Below are positions 27,157 to 36,550 of a stretch of DNA of 64,000 nucleotides, piece by piece. The stretch is from a virus (lineage: Duplodnaviria > Caudoviricetes): positions 77,695-141,694 of IMG/VR virus record IMGVR_UViG_2931736537_000001. One strand, written 5' to 3'. Position 1 is the stretch's first letter; each line of letters opens with the position of its first letter. A program made the position numbers and the translations under genes. The notes under the pieces were generated by a model. That model was not told the origin of the DNA. It did not search any database and worked only from the letters and a program-made list of their open reading frames with translations.

Positions 27157-27201
27157 CACTCACGCTCGCAGCCCCGGCCCGCCTGGCCGGGGCTGCGCCG
27201 C

Positions 27202-28761
27202 TCACCGGCGCCCGTTGAGGCGTCCGTCGCGGTAGCTGCCCGTCCCGCTGTCCACGGCCGCCGGGTTGGCCAGCTCGGTCAACGCGTGCACGCAGGCGTC
27301 CATCCGGTCCGGCGAGTCGAGACCCGGCATCCAGGTGACCATCTGTACCTCGAGCCCCGGCCACTCCCCCACGTGCCTGACCCGACCCTGCTCGTACAGC
27401 TGGGCGATCGGCTCGGCCCTCAACCTTTTGCCCTGCTTGGCGGTCACGGGCACGATCCGCGGGCGCAGCACGCCAGCGACCTCGGGACCCGCAGCGCGGA
27501 CCATCTCCTCCCAGCCCTGGACGAGCACCTGCCTCGTCATGTCGCCGCCGAAGTTGGACTCGACGACCATGGCGTCGGCCTGGACCTCGAGGGCGAGTTC
27601 GCACGCCGCTCGTCCCCAGTCGGCGGCGCCCATCTTCCCTGAGCGGTCGGCCAGGACGTACAGGTTCCCGGCCGCGTCGCGTCCGGCGGCCACGATGCCG
27701 ACCTCGTCGCTGTCCTCGCCGCCACCGGCCGGGTCCACGGCGACCACGACCCGGGTGAGCTGGACGCCGCGCAGCTGCTCGGCGCTGACGCGGTGCCGGC
27801 GGATCCACTCCCACTTCCAGATGCCACCCTCGAGCGGCCTGGGCTGCTGCTGGTACAGCGCCCACCAGCCACGCTCCCCGACCTCGTCGCGGAAGTCCTG
27901 CAGGTGCTCGAGGCCGAACCGCTCGGGCCACAGCGGCTCGCCGAGGGCGCGGCCGAGGGCGTCGTCGGCGCTGTCGGCGATCGCCGGCAGGTTGATGACG
28001 GTCCAGCGGGCGCTGTCCCGGGCGGCGTCCTGCGTCAGGATGCGGCCAGCCAGGTCGTTCTCACTCCAGCGGGTCTGGATGACGACGATGGACCCGTTCG
28101 GCTCCATACGCGTGTTGAGGACCTGCTGCCACCAGTCCCACAAGTCGCCCAGCACGGTCGGGGAGGCCGCGGCCTTCGCGTCCTTCAGCGGGTCGTCGAC
28201 GATGGCCAGGTGCGCGCCCATACCGGTCAGCGAGCCGCCGACGCCGGCGGTGACGAGGCCACCGGGCCCGCCGGTCAGGTCGAAGCGCCCGGCCGCCTTG
28301 GAGCCGTAGCGCAGGGATATGCCGAGCTGGTCCTCGTACTCGTTGATGGAGTCGCGCAGCCAGCGGCCGTGTCCCTCGGCGAGGACCGCGCTGTAGGAGG
28401 CGATCATCAGCCGGTGGGTAGGGTTGCGCCGCAGGTACCACAGGGGCGCCCAGCGCGCCGCGCGCTGCGACTTGCCGTGCCGGGGCGGCATGTTCAGCAG
28501 CAGCCGGACTCGTTCACCGCGGGCGATGCGGATGAACGCCTGGTCGATGAGGTTGAGGTGCCGGGCCTGCAGCTCCCGGCCGTTGGTCAGCAGCGCGGCC
28601 AGGGACCCCGGGGAGCGGTCCATGGCCATCTCACGCTCGACCTGGGCCAGGCGCATGCGCATGTCGGGTGAGGCGCTGCGGGCGATGGCCAGGCGTTGCT
28701 GGCGGGGCAGCGTGCGGTAGCGCTTGAGGAGACGTTCCTCCTGGTCCGGCGCCTGCATCAT
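27202..28761 (-). CDS. terL: Terminase large subunit
   Basis: Walker A MPPRHGKS, Walker B AIVDDP, IQTRW..DL.G, ALYQQQP, VAVDPA, SPDRMDA. Confidence 0.95.
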   Translation of the reverse strand: MMQAPDQEERLLKRYRTLPRQQRLAIARSASPDMRMRLAQVEREMAMDRSPGSLAALLTNGRELQARHLNLIDQAFIRIARGERVRLLLNMPPRHGKSQRAARWAPLWYLRRNPTHRLMIASYSAVLAEGHGRWLRDSINEYEDQLGISLRYGSKAAGRFDLTGGPGGLVTAGVGGSLTGMGAHLAIVDDPLKDAKAAASPTVLGDLWDWWQQVLNTRMEPNGSIVVIQTRWSENDLAGRILTQDAARDSARWTVINLPAIADSADDALGRALGEPLWPERFGLEHLQDFRDEVGERGWWALYQQQPRPLEGGIWKWEWIRRHRVSAEQLRGVQLTRVVVAVDPAGGGEDSDEVGIVAAGRDAAGNLYVLADRSGKMGAADWGRAACELALEVQADAMVVESNFGGDMTRQVLVQGWEEMVRAAGPEVAGVLRPRIVPVTAKQGKRLRAEPIAQLYEQGRVRHVGEWPGLEVQMVTWMPGLDSPDRMDACVHALTELANPAAVDSGTGSYRDGRLNGRR

Positions 28762-28801
28762 CAGGGGCTCCGTGCACCCCCGCGCACCCTTACATGATCT
28801 C

Positions 28802-29203
28802 TCAGATCGGCGGGTCTTCGATCAGCGCGAGCAGTTCCTCCAGCTCGTCGTCGGTGACGGCCGCGGGGTCGGAGAGCGTGCCGGTGCTGTCCATTCGGGC
28901 CGGGACGCCGAGACCGAGGCGGCGTTCCCGGCTGTCGAGGATCGCCAGGGTCGCGGCGATGGCGTCGAGGTTGCCGGCGGCGGCGCGGTGCCAGATGGCG
29001 TGCTGGAGTTCGTCCAGCGAGTGCTGGTCGGCCTGGTGACGGGCGGCGGGCTCGAGCGGGTCGGCGTCGTCGAGGGCCGCGGCGAACGCCGCGGCGGCGC
29101 TGGCCGTGTCCGGGTAGTCCAGCTCCTGGGCGAGCGACTCGAAGTCGTCGCCGGCCAGGCGGCGGCGGATGAGTTCCGCCTGCCGCTGGTCGAGGTGCCG
29201 CAT
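28802..29203 (-). CDS. Terminase small subunit-like HTH protein (copy 2)
   Basis: RRLAG.DF..LA..LDY, LDELQ.AIW.RA..GNL.AI...L.I.D.R.R.LGL; similar to 31005-31472. Confidence 0.6.
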   Translation of the reverse strand: MRHLDQRQAELIRRRLAGDDFESLAQELDYPDTASAAAAFAAALDDADPLEPAARHQADQHSLDELQHAIWHRAAAGNLDAIAATLAILDSRERRLGLGVPARMDSTGTLSDPAAVTDDELEELLALIEDPPI

Positions 29204-29216
29204 GCTGCCCTCCCGG

Positions 29217-30266
29217 TCAGAGGACCTTCTCCCGCAGGGTCTGGGCGATGGCTCGCATCAGGAGCGGCGGCACGGAGTTGCCGATGCGCGCCCACACCTT
29301 GTCCACTGGGCTGTCTCCCCAGTCGTAGGCGTCGGGGAAGGACTGCAGGCGGGCGAGTTCCCGCACGCCCAGCAGGCGGTCCTCCTCGGGATGGAGCAGG
29401 CCGTTGCGGGAGGCGGAGACCTCCTTGATGAGGGTGTAGGACGGCTTGTCCCAGGCGAGGCGCTCGAGGGAGAAGAACGCCTTCTTCCCGCCGAGGTCCA
29501 GCAGCGTGTCGCCGCCGTTGCGGCCGGGCGGGATGAGGGGCGCGACGCGGGCGGCCTTGCCGGAGGGCCGCTGGAACGGGCCGGGGTCGTCCAGGCCGGC
29601 CAGGGCCTCCCGGACGGTCAGCGGCCGGTCGATGGGTGCCGGGTGGACGGGGTCCAGACCGAGGTCGCGGCGCACGCCGATGAAGATCATGCGCATGCGC
29701 TTCTGGGGGACGTGGAAGTACGAGGCGTCGACCAGGCGGGCGACGACCCGGTACCCGGGCCCGGCGGCCTTGAGCGCGCCGAGGATCTCCGCGAACAGGG
29801 AGCGCATCTGGCCGCGGACCATGCCGGCCACGTTCTCCATGACGAAGCACTTCGGCTGCCAGTGCTCGATGCACCGGATGTACTGCCGGAAGAGCTGGTT
29901 GCGCGGGTCGTCGATCTGCCGGCGCCCGACGGTGCTGAACCCTTGGCAGGGTGGGCTGCCGTCGAACACGTCCAGCTCGCCGGGCGCCAGGCCGAGGCCG
30001 ACCGGGTCCAGGGCGGCGATGTCGCCGTGGTGGAGCGGGACGTGGGGGAAGTTGCGTCGGAAGCACGCGGCGGCGTGGTCGTCCCATTCCACGGCGAGCA
30101 GTTCTCGGTATCCGGCCATGGAGTAGCCCAGGGAGCTGCCGCCCGCGCCGGCGAAGGTGGAGACCACGGTCGGTGCGTCGTCGGCGCGCGGCGCGAGGTG
30201 CGCCTTCCAGGCGTCGGCGAGGATCCGGCTGTAGTCGAGCCGGGTACGGACGACGCGCGGGCTCAC
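29217..30266 (-). CDS. DNA (cytosine-5) methyltransferase
   Basis: FAGAGG, GSPPCQGFS, MENV, PQ.R.R, RE.ARLQSFP, IGNSVPP. Confidence 0.95.
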   Translation of the reverse strand: MSPRVVRTRLDYSRILADAWKAHLAPRADDAPTVVSTFAGAGGSSLGYSMAGYRELLAVEWDDHAAACFRRNFPHVPLHHGDIAALDPVGLGLAPGELDVFDGSPPCQGFSTVGRRQIDDPRNQLFRQYIRCIEHWQPKCFVMENVAGMVRGQMRSLFAEILGALKAAGPGYRVVARLVDASYFHVPQKRMRMIFIGVRRDLGLDPVHPAPIDRPLTVREALAGLDDPGPFQRPSGKAARVAPLIPPGRNGGDTLLDLGGKKAFFSLERLAWDKPSYTLIKEVSASRNGLLHPEEDRLLGVRELARLQSFPDAYDWGDSPVDKVWARIGNSVPPLLMRAIAQTLREKVL

Positions 30267-30802
30267 TTCGCGGCCTCGGCGCCGGTGAAGGAGTGCCCGC
30301 AGTTCGGGCAGGTGTGGGTGGTGGGGTTGAGGGCCTCGGCGATCGACTCGTCGAAGGCGGCAAATCCGTCGGGCAGTTCGGCGGTGAGCAGGCGCGTGAC
30401 CTCCTGCTGGTTCCAGCCGGTTCCCTCGAGGTCGCCGTCGAGAGCGGCGAGCATCGTCGCGAGGTCCTCCTCGTCGTAGTAGCCCAGCTCGGCCAGCTTG
30501 TTGTCGGCCAGGTTGATGCGCCGGGCGGTGTCGTCGTCGCAGGTGATGACCTCGCACCGGCCGGTGGCGTGGCCCTCGGCCTTCAGTGCGTCGCGGGTGT
30601 GGTTGCCGGCCAGCACCACGAGGGCGTCGCCGGTGTCGCGGACGACCAAGGAGCGGTACTGCCCGTGGCGGCGGAGGGAGGCCCGGATCGCCTCGACGTC
30701 GCCGCGCCGGGGGTTGCCGGGGTAGCGGCTCAGCTCGTCGAGGGGTATCTCGCGGGTGCCGGTGTAGGTGGCGCCGGGCAGGCCGGCGCTCGTCTCGCTC
30801 AT
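30263..30802 (-). CDS. ParB/Srx N-terminal domain protein with C-terminal CxxC
   Basis: NPRRGDV.AI..SL..HGQ, LAGNHT..A, LADNK; CPNCGH.F. Confidence 0.85.
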   Translation of the reverse strand: MSETSAGLPGATYTGTREIPLDELSRYPGNPRRGDVEAIRASLRRHGQYRSLVVRDTGDALVVLAGNHTRDALKAEGHATGRCEVITCDDDTARRINLADNKLAELGYYDEEDLATMLAALDGDLEGTGWNQQEVTRLLTAELPDGFAAFDESIAEALNPTTHTCPNCGHSFTGAEAAK

Positions 30803-31005
30803 GCGGGGCGTCCTTCGTTGTGGTCCGCGATGATGCGCCGGGCCCAGGTGTCCGGGTTCTCGAAGCCCCACCGTCGGGCGTCCCATTCGGTGGCTCGGTC
30901 GCGGATGTCGATCCAGATGTCCAGGAGGTGGTCGCGCATGGCCGGGTCCCGGGTGCGTCGCAGCCGGGCGGCCAGGTGCGCGAAGGCGGCCGGGTGAGCG
31001 GGCAT
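30799..31005 (-). CDS. Small hypothetical protein
   Basis: 68 aa MPAHPAAF...; stop/start overlaps with both neighbours. Confidence 0.55.
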   Translation of the reverse strand: MPAHPAAFAHLAARLRRTRDPAMRDHLLDIWIDIRDRATEWDARRWGFENPDTWARRIIADHNEGRPA

Positions 31006-31472
31006 TAGGAGGCGTCCTCCGCGTTCTCGTCGTCGGCTGCCGTGCCCGCGGTCAGGGTGATGAGGCGCTCCAGTTCCGCCAGGTCGACGGCCTCGACCTG
31101 CAGGGGCCCGCCGTCGGCGCCGGTGATCTCCGTGCGTGCGGGCCGGTCGAGCCCGAGGAGACGGGCTCGGCGGTCGATGACCTTCAGGACGGTCTCGATT
31201 GCTTTCAGGTCGCCCTTGGCGGCCTTGGCCCATGCGGCGGCCTGCATCCGGTCCAGGCGCTGCACTTCGAGTTCGCGCAGGGTCGCCGCGGCGACGGACT
31301 CGGCTTCGAGGTTGGCCTCGAGCGCCCGGTGGACGTCCTTGGACGCCGCGCCGCGGTCTGCGTAGTCGAGCCGCTCGGCGATCGTCTGGTAGTCCATGCC
31401 GGCCAGCCGCAGCGCGATGGCCTGCGAGCGGCGTTTGGCGGTGGCGGCGCGTTGCGCCTTGGACGCGGGCAC
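31005..31472 (-). CDS. Terminase small subunit-like HTH protein (copy 1)
   Basis: AIALRLAG.DY..IAE.L.Y, RELE..RLD, RRARLLGLD.P.RTEITGADGGP. Confidence 0.7.
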   Translation of the reverse strand: MPASKAQRAATAKRRSQAIALRLAGMDYQTIAERLDYADRGAASKDVHRALEANLEAESVAAATLRELEVQRLDRMQAAAWAKAAKGDLKAIETVLKVIDRRARLLGLDRPARTEITGADGGPLQVEAVDLAELERLITLTAGTAADDENAEDAS

Positions 31473-31486
31473 GGGTCAGCCCCCTG

Positions 31487-32761
31487 TCAGTCGTCCGCGG
31501 GCAGGGTGAAGTCGTGGGCCTCGCCGGTGTCCTTGAGGACGGGCAGCTCGCCGGTGTGCTCCTGGTAGCGGCGGCAGATGACATCGGCGTACCGGGGGTC
31601 CAGCTCGACGACGCGGGCGGAGCGGCCGGTGACGTGCGCGGCCATGAGCGTGGAGCCCGACCCGCCGAACGGCTCGTAGACGGTGCCGTCGGGCGGGCAG
31701 GAGTTGCGCAGGCCGGCGGTGATGAGGTCGACCGGCTTGGACGTCGGGTGCTCCGCGTTGCGCGCGGGCTTGGGAACCTCGAAGACCGTGGTCGCCGTGT
31801 TGTCGCCATACCAGCGGTCACCGCCCCGGCCCAGGCGCCCCGACCCGGCCGGGGCGTCGGTGAAGCCGTACAGGATCGGCTCGTGCCGGTAGTGGTAGTC
31901 GCTGCGGCCGAGGACCATGGTGTCCTTCGCCCAGATGAGGTTCTGCCGGACCAGCCAGCCGGCGTCCGTCATCGCGGTCTCGAACACGATGCGGGCGGTG
32001 TCGGCGTGCGCGACGTACACCGGGGCGCCCGGCTTGAGGGCGACAGTGGCCACGGCGAACGCGCCGGCGAGGAGTTCGGGCAGGTCGGTGGCGCCGTCGT
32101 TCTGGATGGTGAGGGCGTCCTTGGTCTTGCCGACGTAGTCGACGCCGTAGGGCGGGTCGGTCCACATGGCGTCGCAGCGGTCCCCGTCGAGCATCTCCTC
32201 GACGGCCGCGACGTCGGTGGAGTCGCCGACCAGGAGGCGGTGGCGGCCGAGGATCCACACGTCGCCGACGCGGCAGTGCGGGTCGGCCGGCGCGTCGGGG
32301 ATCTCGTCGGGGTCGGTGAGGGCGGCCGGCTCCTCGTCGGTGCCGAGCAGCGCGGAGACGTCCTCGGCCGAGTAGCCGGTGCCGTCGAGGTCGCCGTCGA
32401 GGAACGTCAGCAGCTCGGCCAGGGCTTCCTGGTCGTAGGTACCGAGTTCGGCGAGGCGGTTGTCGGCGAGGTTGATGCGGCGGGCCTGGTCGTCGTCGCA
32501 TTCGATGACCTCGCACCGGGCGGCGGTGTACCCCTCGGCCTTCAGGGCGTCGTGGGTGTGGTTGCCGGCGAGGATGACGAATCGGTCGTCGCCGACGGCG
32601 CGAACGACCAGGGAGCGGTACTGGCCGTGGCGGCGCAGTGAGCCACGGATGGCGTCGACGTCACCGCGCCGGGCGTTGCCCTCGAAGCGCTCGAGCTGGT
32701 CGAAGGGGATCTCGCGAGTGCCGAGGTAGGTCACCGCGGCGGTGGGCGTGGGGGTGCCCAT
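31487..32761 (-). CDS. ParB-domain + N6/N4 DNA methyltransferase fusion
   Basis: ParB motifs, then GDVW.LG.HRL..GDS, TDPPY, HPTSKP, EPFGGSGST. Confidence 0.92.
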   Translation of the reverse strand: MGTPTPTAAVTYLGTREIPFDQLERFEGNARRGDVDAIRGSLRRHGQYRSLVVRAVGDDRFVILAGNHTHDALKAEGYTAARCEVIECDDDQARRINLADNRLAELGTYDQEALAELLTFLDGDLDGTGYSAEDVSALLGTDEEPAALTDPDEIPDAPADPHCRVGDVWILGRHRLLVGDSTDVAAVEEMLDGDRCDAMWTDPPYGVDYVGKTKDALTIQNDGATDLPELLAGAFAVATVALKPGAPVYVAHADTARIVFETAMTDAGWLVRQNLIWAKDTMVLGRSDYHYRHEPILYGFTDAPAGSGRLGRGGDRWYGDNTATTVFEVPKPARNAEHPTSKPVDLITAGLRNSCPPDGTVYEPFGGSGSTLMAAHVTGRSARVVELDPRYADVICRRYQEHTGELPVLKDTGEAHDFTLPADD

Positions 32762-32783
32762 GGCAACTCCGTCCACCCCCACA

Positions 32784-32801
32784 GTGCCGTGATCCATTTT
32801 C
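32784..32801 (-). promoter_or_regulatory. Putative late promoter motif (MTase/terminase operon)
   Basis: Minus strand GAAAAT-GGATC-ACGGCAC. Confidence 0.45.
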
Positions 32802-32880
32802 CCCGAGCGCGGCGGTTGTCGAGGCGGGCGTCGCGTGGCGGTGGTTCGGCGAAGGATCTCGGCTCCACCCCTTCCAACCT

Positions 32881-32897
32881 TACAACGCTCCGTTGTA
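32881..32897 (+). promoter_or_regulatory. 17-bp operator, copy 9
   Basis: CTTCCAACCT-TACAACG-ctc-CGTTGTA-TAGTTGGGG. Confidence 0.85.
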
Positions 32898-32937
32898 TAG
32901 TTGGGGTGTGAGGACGACCCGCCCCAAGGAGGCCCCG

Positions 32938-33288
32938 ATGCAGCGCACCGCCACCGCCCCCACCTGCCGCCGCTGCTGGCGCCCCCTCAGCTCCGCCCGC
33001 TCCATCGCCACCGGCTACGGCCCCACCTGCCTGCGAAAGGTCAAGGCCGCCGCCGAGACCCACGCGCAGACCAGCGGCCACAAGCCCGCCCAGGTCGCCA
33101 AGGCCACCGAGCTGATCGAGCAGGGCGCGGTGATCCCCCTGCGGGCCCGCCGAGTCTTCCAGGTGGTCGCCTCCGACGGCCTCACCACCTACAAGACGGC
33201 CGCGCAGGCGTGCACCTGCCCGGCCGGGCGCCGCGGCGAGCACCTCTGCTACCACCGCATCGCCGCCCAGATCCTCATCGCCGCATGA
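32938..33288 (+). CDS. DUF6011-like + SWIM-like zinc-finger protein
   Basis: C..C.RPL....S...GYGPTC and CTCPAG.....CYH; RBS AAGGAGG. Confidence 0.75.
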   Translation: MQRTATAPTCRRCWRPLSSARSIATGYGPTCLRKVKAAAETHAQTSGHKPAQVAKATELIEQGAVIPLRARRVFQVVASDGLTTYKTAAQACTCPAGRRGEHLCYHRIAAQILIAA

Positions 33289-33347
33289 CCGCCCTGCGGG
33301 CCCGCCGCACGGGCGGGCCCGCACCGACCCTCACGGAGGACAACCCG

Positions 33348-33842
33348 ATGACCGAGCCCGAGAAGACGTACGAGATCAGCTGGGAAGACGGCAATCAGGA
33401 CATCGCGGAGTCGGTGATGTGGGCAGCCGAGGCCGGCGCCCACCTCGTCGTCACCGTTGCCGACGGCCGCACCGTCCGACTGGTGCCCGACCCGGGACCG
33501 CAGGAGCCGCCCTCGCCGCTTGACGGCATCACCGTTCAGGAGGTGTCACGCTCCACCCGGCCGTTGCGGACCATGACCGAGCAGACCCAGGTGCTGTACA
33601 TCGACGGCGCCCCGAAGCTGCCCGCCGGAGACGGACACCCGGCGCTCTCCCCAGGCATCGTCTGGATCGAGTACGTCCAGGAGCCGGGGCAGCCGGTTCG
33701 GTTCAGGGCCGCGCACGTCAGCGGGTACCGCGTAGAGCACACGGGCAGCCCGGCCGACCGCGTCGTGAGCGCCAGCTTCTTCCGTACCACGCCCACGCCG
33801 TCCTGGTTGGCCGAACTGATCACCAGGTACCAGTGGGCCTGA
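33348..33842 (+). CDS. Hypothetical protein
   Basis: RBS GGAGGA; 164 aa. Confidence 0.65.
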   Translation: MTEPEKTYEISWEDGNQDIAESVMWAAEAGAHLVVTVADGRTVRLVPDPGPQEPPSPLDGITVQEVSRSTRPLRTMTEQTQVLYIDGAPKLPAGDGHPALSPGIVWIEYVQEPGQPVRFRAAHVSGYRVEHTGSPADRVVSASFFRTTPTPSWLAELITRYQWA

Positions 33843-34053
33843 CCACTCCCGGCCGTCCGGGCGGTCCCTTGCGGGCCGGTCGGACGGCCGGCGTCGCTCT
33901 CTCCTGGTGCCGGCCGCTGCCACTGTGCGCGTGCCGGCATCACCCCAGCACAGAGCGGGTTTTGGCGCTTGCAAGTGTCCGCCGAGCGGAGTGATGAATG
34001 GGGCCGTCGCCCGGGCCGGGCGGCCCCCGACACCCTGCACGAAGGAGAGCGCC

Positions 34054-34602
34054 ATGCCTGACGTCACGAACGACACCCGGGCCGACTACGGGTGGACTGC
34101 CCTTGAGTTCTACTCGGAGGCCCGGACTGCTCTCGGGCACGAGCCCGACCCCGCCGAGGACGTGGAAATGGCCCTCGCGGCCTGCGCGCACGGCGGCAGT
34201 CTCGACCGCTTGGAGCCGGTGCTGGTCGAGGACCTGCGGAAGGAGGACGACTGGGCGACGGAGGTCTGCAGCGACCTGGTCTCCCACCTCTTCCACGCGG
34301 CCGACGGCGCGGTGGTGCCCCAGCTGCTGCTGGACGCGGTCACCGACCCGGAGACCCGCTCGGAGGCTGCCATAGCCGAAGCCTGGCGCGTCCTGGGCGA
34401 GCGTGGCGCGGAGTTCGCCCGCTTCCTCGCGGCGGTGCGCCGCTTTCTGGTCACGGTGCACGACATCGACGCCGACGACCTGTTCGAGGATGCCCGGCGA
34501 GTCTTCGAGGACGAGGTCGAGGAGGAGCGGTACGCCGCGGCGGCCGAACGCCGGGCCCTGAACGGCCCTCGGGCCGGGACCGTCAGCGACGCATCTGCCT
34601 GA
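34054..34602 (+). CDS. Hypothetical acidic protein
   Basis: RBS AAGGAG; SDLVSHLFHAAD; followed by a long hairpin at ~34615-34652. Confidence 0.7.
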   Translation: MPDVTNDTRADYGWTALEFYSEARTALGHEPDPAEDVEMALAACAHGGSLDRLEPVLVEDLRKEDDWATEVCSDLVSHLFHAADGAVVPQLLLDAVTDPETRSEAAIAEAWRVLGERGAEFARFLAAVRRFLVTVHDIDADDLFEDARRVFEDEVEEERYAAAAERRALNGPRAGTVSDASA

Positions 34603-35253
34603 TCACGGCGGCGATGTCCGGTGGCTGCCTGTCCAGGCCAGCCACCCGGACACAGGCCAGCGTCGGGGACCCCGCGGGGGCCTGCGTCTCCACGTGCCGC
34701 CGGAGCGGTACGACGGTCGTTGCCGAAGACGAGTGGGATACGGCGCCCCCTCTCGGGGCCCGTCTGGTCAGACCCGCGTAGGGCGCGCTGGGATTCGGCA
34801 GTTCCTTGGCGCCTGCGGCGGCTTCGAGGTCGTTCATGTCCTGCCCCCCTGTTGGGCGTGCGGCAGCCTCGCCTGCGCAGTGGCGCGGCAGCGCGTGTGC
34901 GCGCTGCGTAAGTCGGCGCGCGGCCGCCCACTGGTCGACGCGGCGTGGTGCTCGTACCGAGGTACGTGCGCGGTCACCTGGCTGACGTCTCCTCAGCCGG
35001 TACAGCCCCCCTGGATCCAGCTGACGTGTCGGGTGGCTGTCGGTCAGGGGGGTGCTCGATGGCGGCTACCAGCATGGGCGGGCTCTCGTGTGAGGGGTTG
35101 GTGAAGTTGCGCAGAGGGACTTGCACTTGACGACTTCGTGTGTGGAGTCCCTCCCTCCGGGCTCGGATCTTGCTATGCCCACTGACCCTCTGTCAACGAT
35201 GCTTTAATGCTCACCACCGATCGTTATTGACCTGCCCAACCACAGGAGCCCAG

Positions 35254-35847
35254 GTGAACGAGCCCGACATCGCACTTCCAGAGACACTCGAGCGCCTTGA
35301 GCAGTTGCTCTCCGAAAAGCAGCTCGACCGAGCGTCCCTCCTCGACGTGACCAAGCTCGCTCGCCAGGCAGTACTCCGCGAGGCCGAAGTCCAGGCGCTG
35401 CTGGCCGGCCTGAGTCTCGCCGACGACGGCAGCCCGGACGAGGTCGTCAAACGACGCGTGCGTGAGCGGCTCCCCCGCGTGTACCAGACGTACCTCGACA
35501 CGGAGCGGGTCAGCTTCGCCGACGGCATCAGAACGATCGCTGCGCAGTTGGAAATCTCCGAGATGTGGGCGCGGCAGCTGGTCAAGGGCGCCAAGGTTCC
35601 CTCCGTCGGGCACCTCTCCGCGCTCGCCAAGTTCTTCAAGATCGATGTGCGCTACTTCACCGGGACGCCGGCGGACAACCTCAGCCGGGCGCTGCAGCCG
35701 TTGCTGAACAGCCTGGAGTCCGGGGACCCGGTGGCGGAGCTGATGACCGAGTACGGCCTGGCCGGAATCAGCTTCCGGGGCCTCGCACCGGAACGTCGGG
35801 CCATGGTCGCCGGGATGATCAAGGCAGTGATGGAGCAGGAGAAGTGA
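35254..35847 (+). CDS. XRE-family HTH regulator
   Basis: IA..LEISE.W..QL..G.K.PS..HL..LA.FF.I...YF. Confidence 0.8.
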   Translation: MNEPDIALPETLERLEQLLSEKQLDRASLLDVTKLARQAVLREAEVQALLAGLSLADDGSPDEVVKRRVRERLPRVYQTYLDTERVSFADGIRTIAAQLEISEMWARQLVKGAKVPSVGHLSALAKFFKIDVRYFTGTPADNLSRALQPLLNSLESGDPVAELMTEYGLAGISFRGLAPERRAMVAGMIKAVMEQEK

Positions 35848-36506
35848 GCGACACGGCGAGGCCACACACCGCAGGCCGGGCTGGCGTTCGCAGCGTCGAC
35901 GACGCCGGTGCGCGCACGATGCGGCGCCTGGTCAACCGCGTCGTCAACAGGCTCGAACCTCCCACCCACGACGATGAACTTCTGCCTGCTCTCGGTCAGG
36001 CTCTCAGCGAGGTGCGCGGCCGACCGGTCCGGCTCCGCAAGGAGGTCTTCCCGCCCGAGACCGCCAGTGGGCTGTGGATCGACGCGGACGACTTCGACCT
36101 CATCGTCATCGAGAAGAACACCGACCCCGACCATCAACTCGTGATCTGCGGTCACGAGAGCTGGCACATGTTCGCCGGCCACTGCGGTGCGGCAACCGCG
36201 CACGGACCGGCCGCCGCCCGCTCTCTCGAAGCGGGCACCGCTGCCGCGCTTCAAGACCTTGTCAGCCGGGCCGTTCAGGGTGCAACCGCCGACCTCCCGC
36301 CGACGGACCGCATGGACGCCGGCCTTCACATCGCCGCACTGCGAGCCGACAGCGTCGTCCACGAGGAGACGGAAGCCGAGATGTTCGGCGTGAAGTTCGC
36401 GACCGTCCTGCAGGCCGCCCTCGAGGAAGCCCGTACTGCCGCAGACCTGGGGGGCATCGCGGGACGCATTCAGGTCTCCATGGCCCACCGGTGGCATCGC
36501 TCCTGA
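35844..36506 (+). CDS. ImmA/IrrE-like metallopeptidase-fold regulator
   Basis: RGRPV.L, SGLW, HQL.I..HESWH (HExxH), E.EAE.F; GTGA overlap with the XRE gene. Confidence 0.75.
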   Translation: MSDTARPHTAGRAGVRSVDDAGARTMRRLVNRVVNRLEPPTHDDELLPALGQALSEVRGRPVRLRKEVFPPETASGLWIDADDFDLIVIEKNTDPDHQLVICGHESWHMFAGHCGAATAHGPAAARSLEAGTAAALQDLVSRAVQGATADLPPTDRMDAGLHIAALRADSVVHEETEAEMFGVKFATVLQAALEEARTAADLGGIAGRIQVSMAHRWHRS

Positions 36507-36550
36507 GTGGACCGCCCTGCCCCTGCCCCGCCTCTGGAGAGTCACGTCTC

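Noticed and set aside
22900-27195. Classical integron with attC sites
   Set aside because: No integrase in the window, cassettes have their own promoters, and the hairpins lack attC R/L boxes.
34583-34837. 84-aa minus-strand ORF
   Set aside because: No recognisable motif; overlaps a terminator-like hairpin and the convergent gene end.
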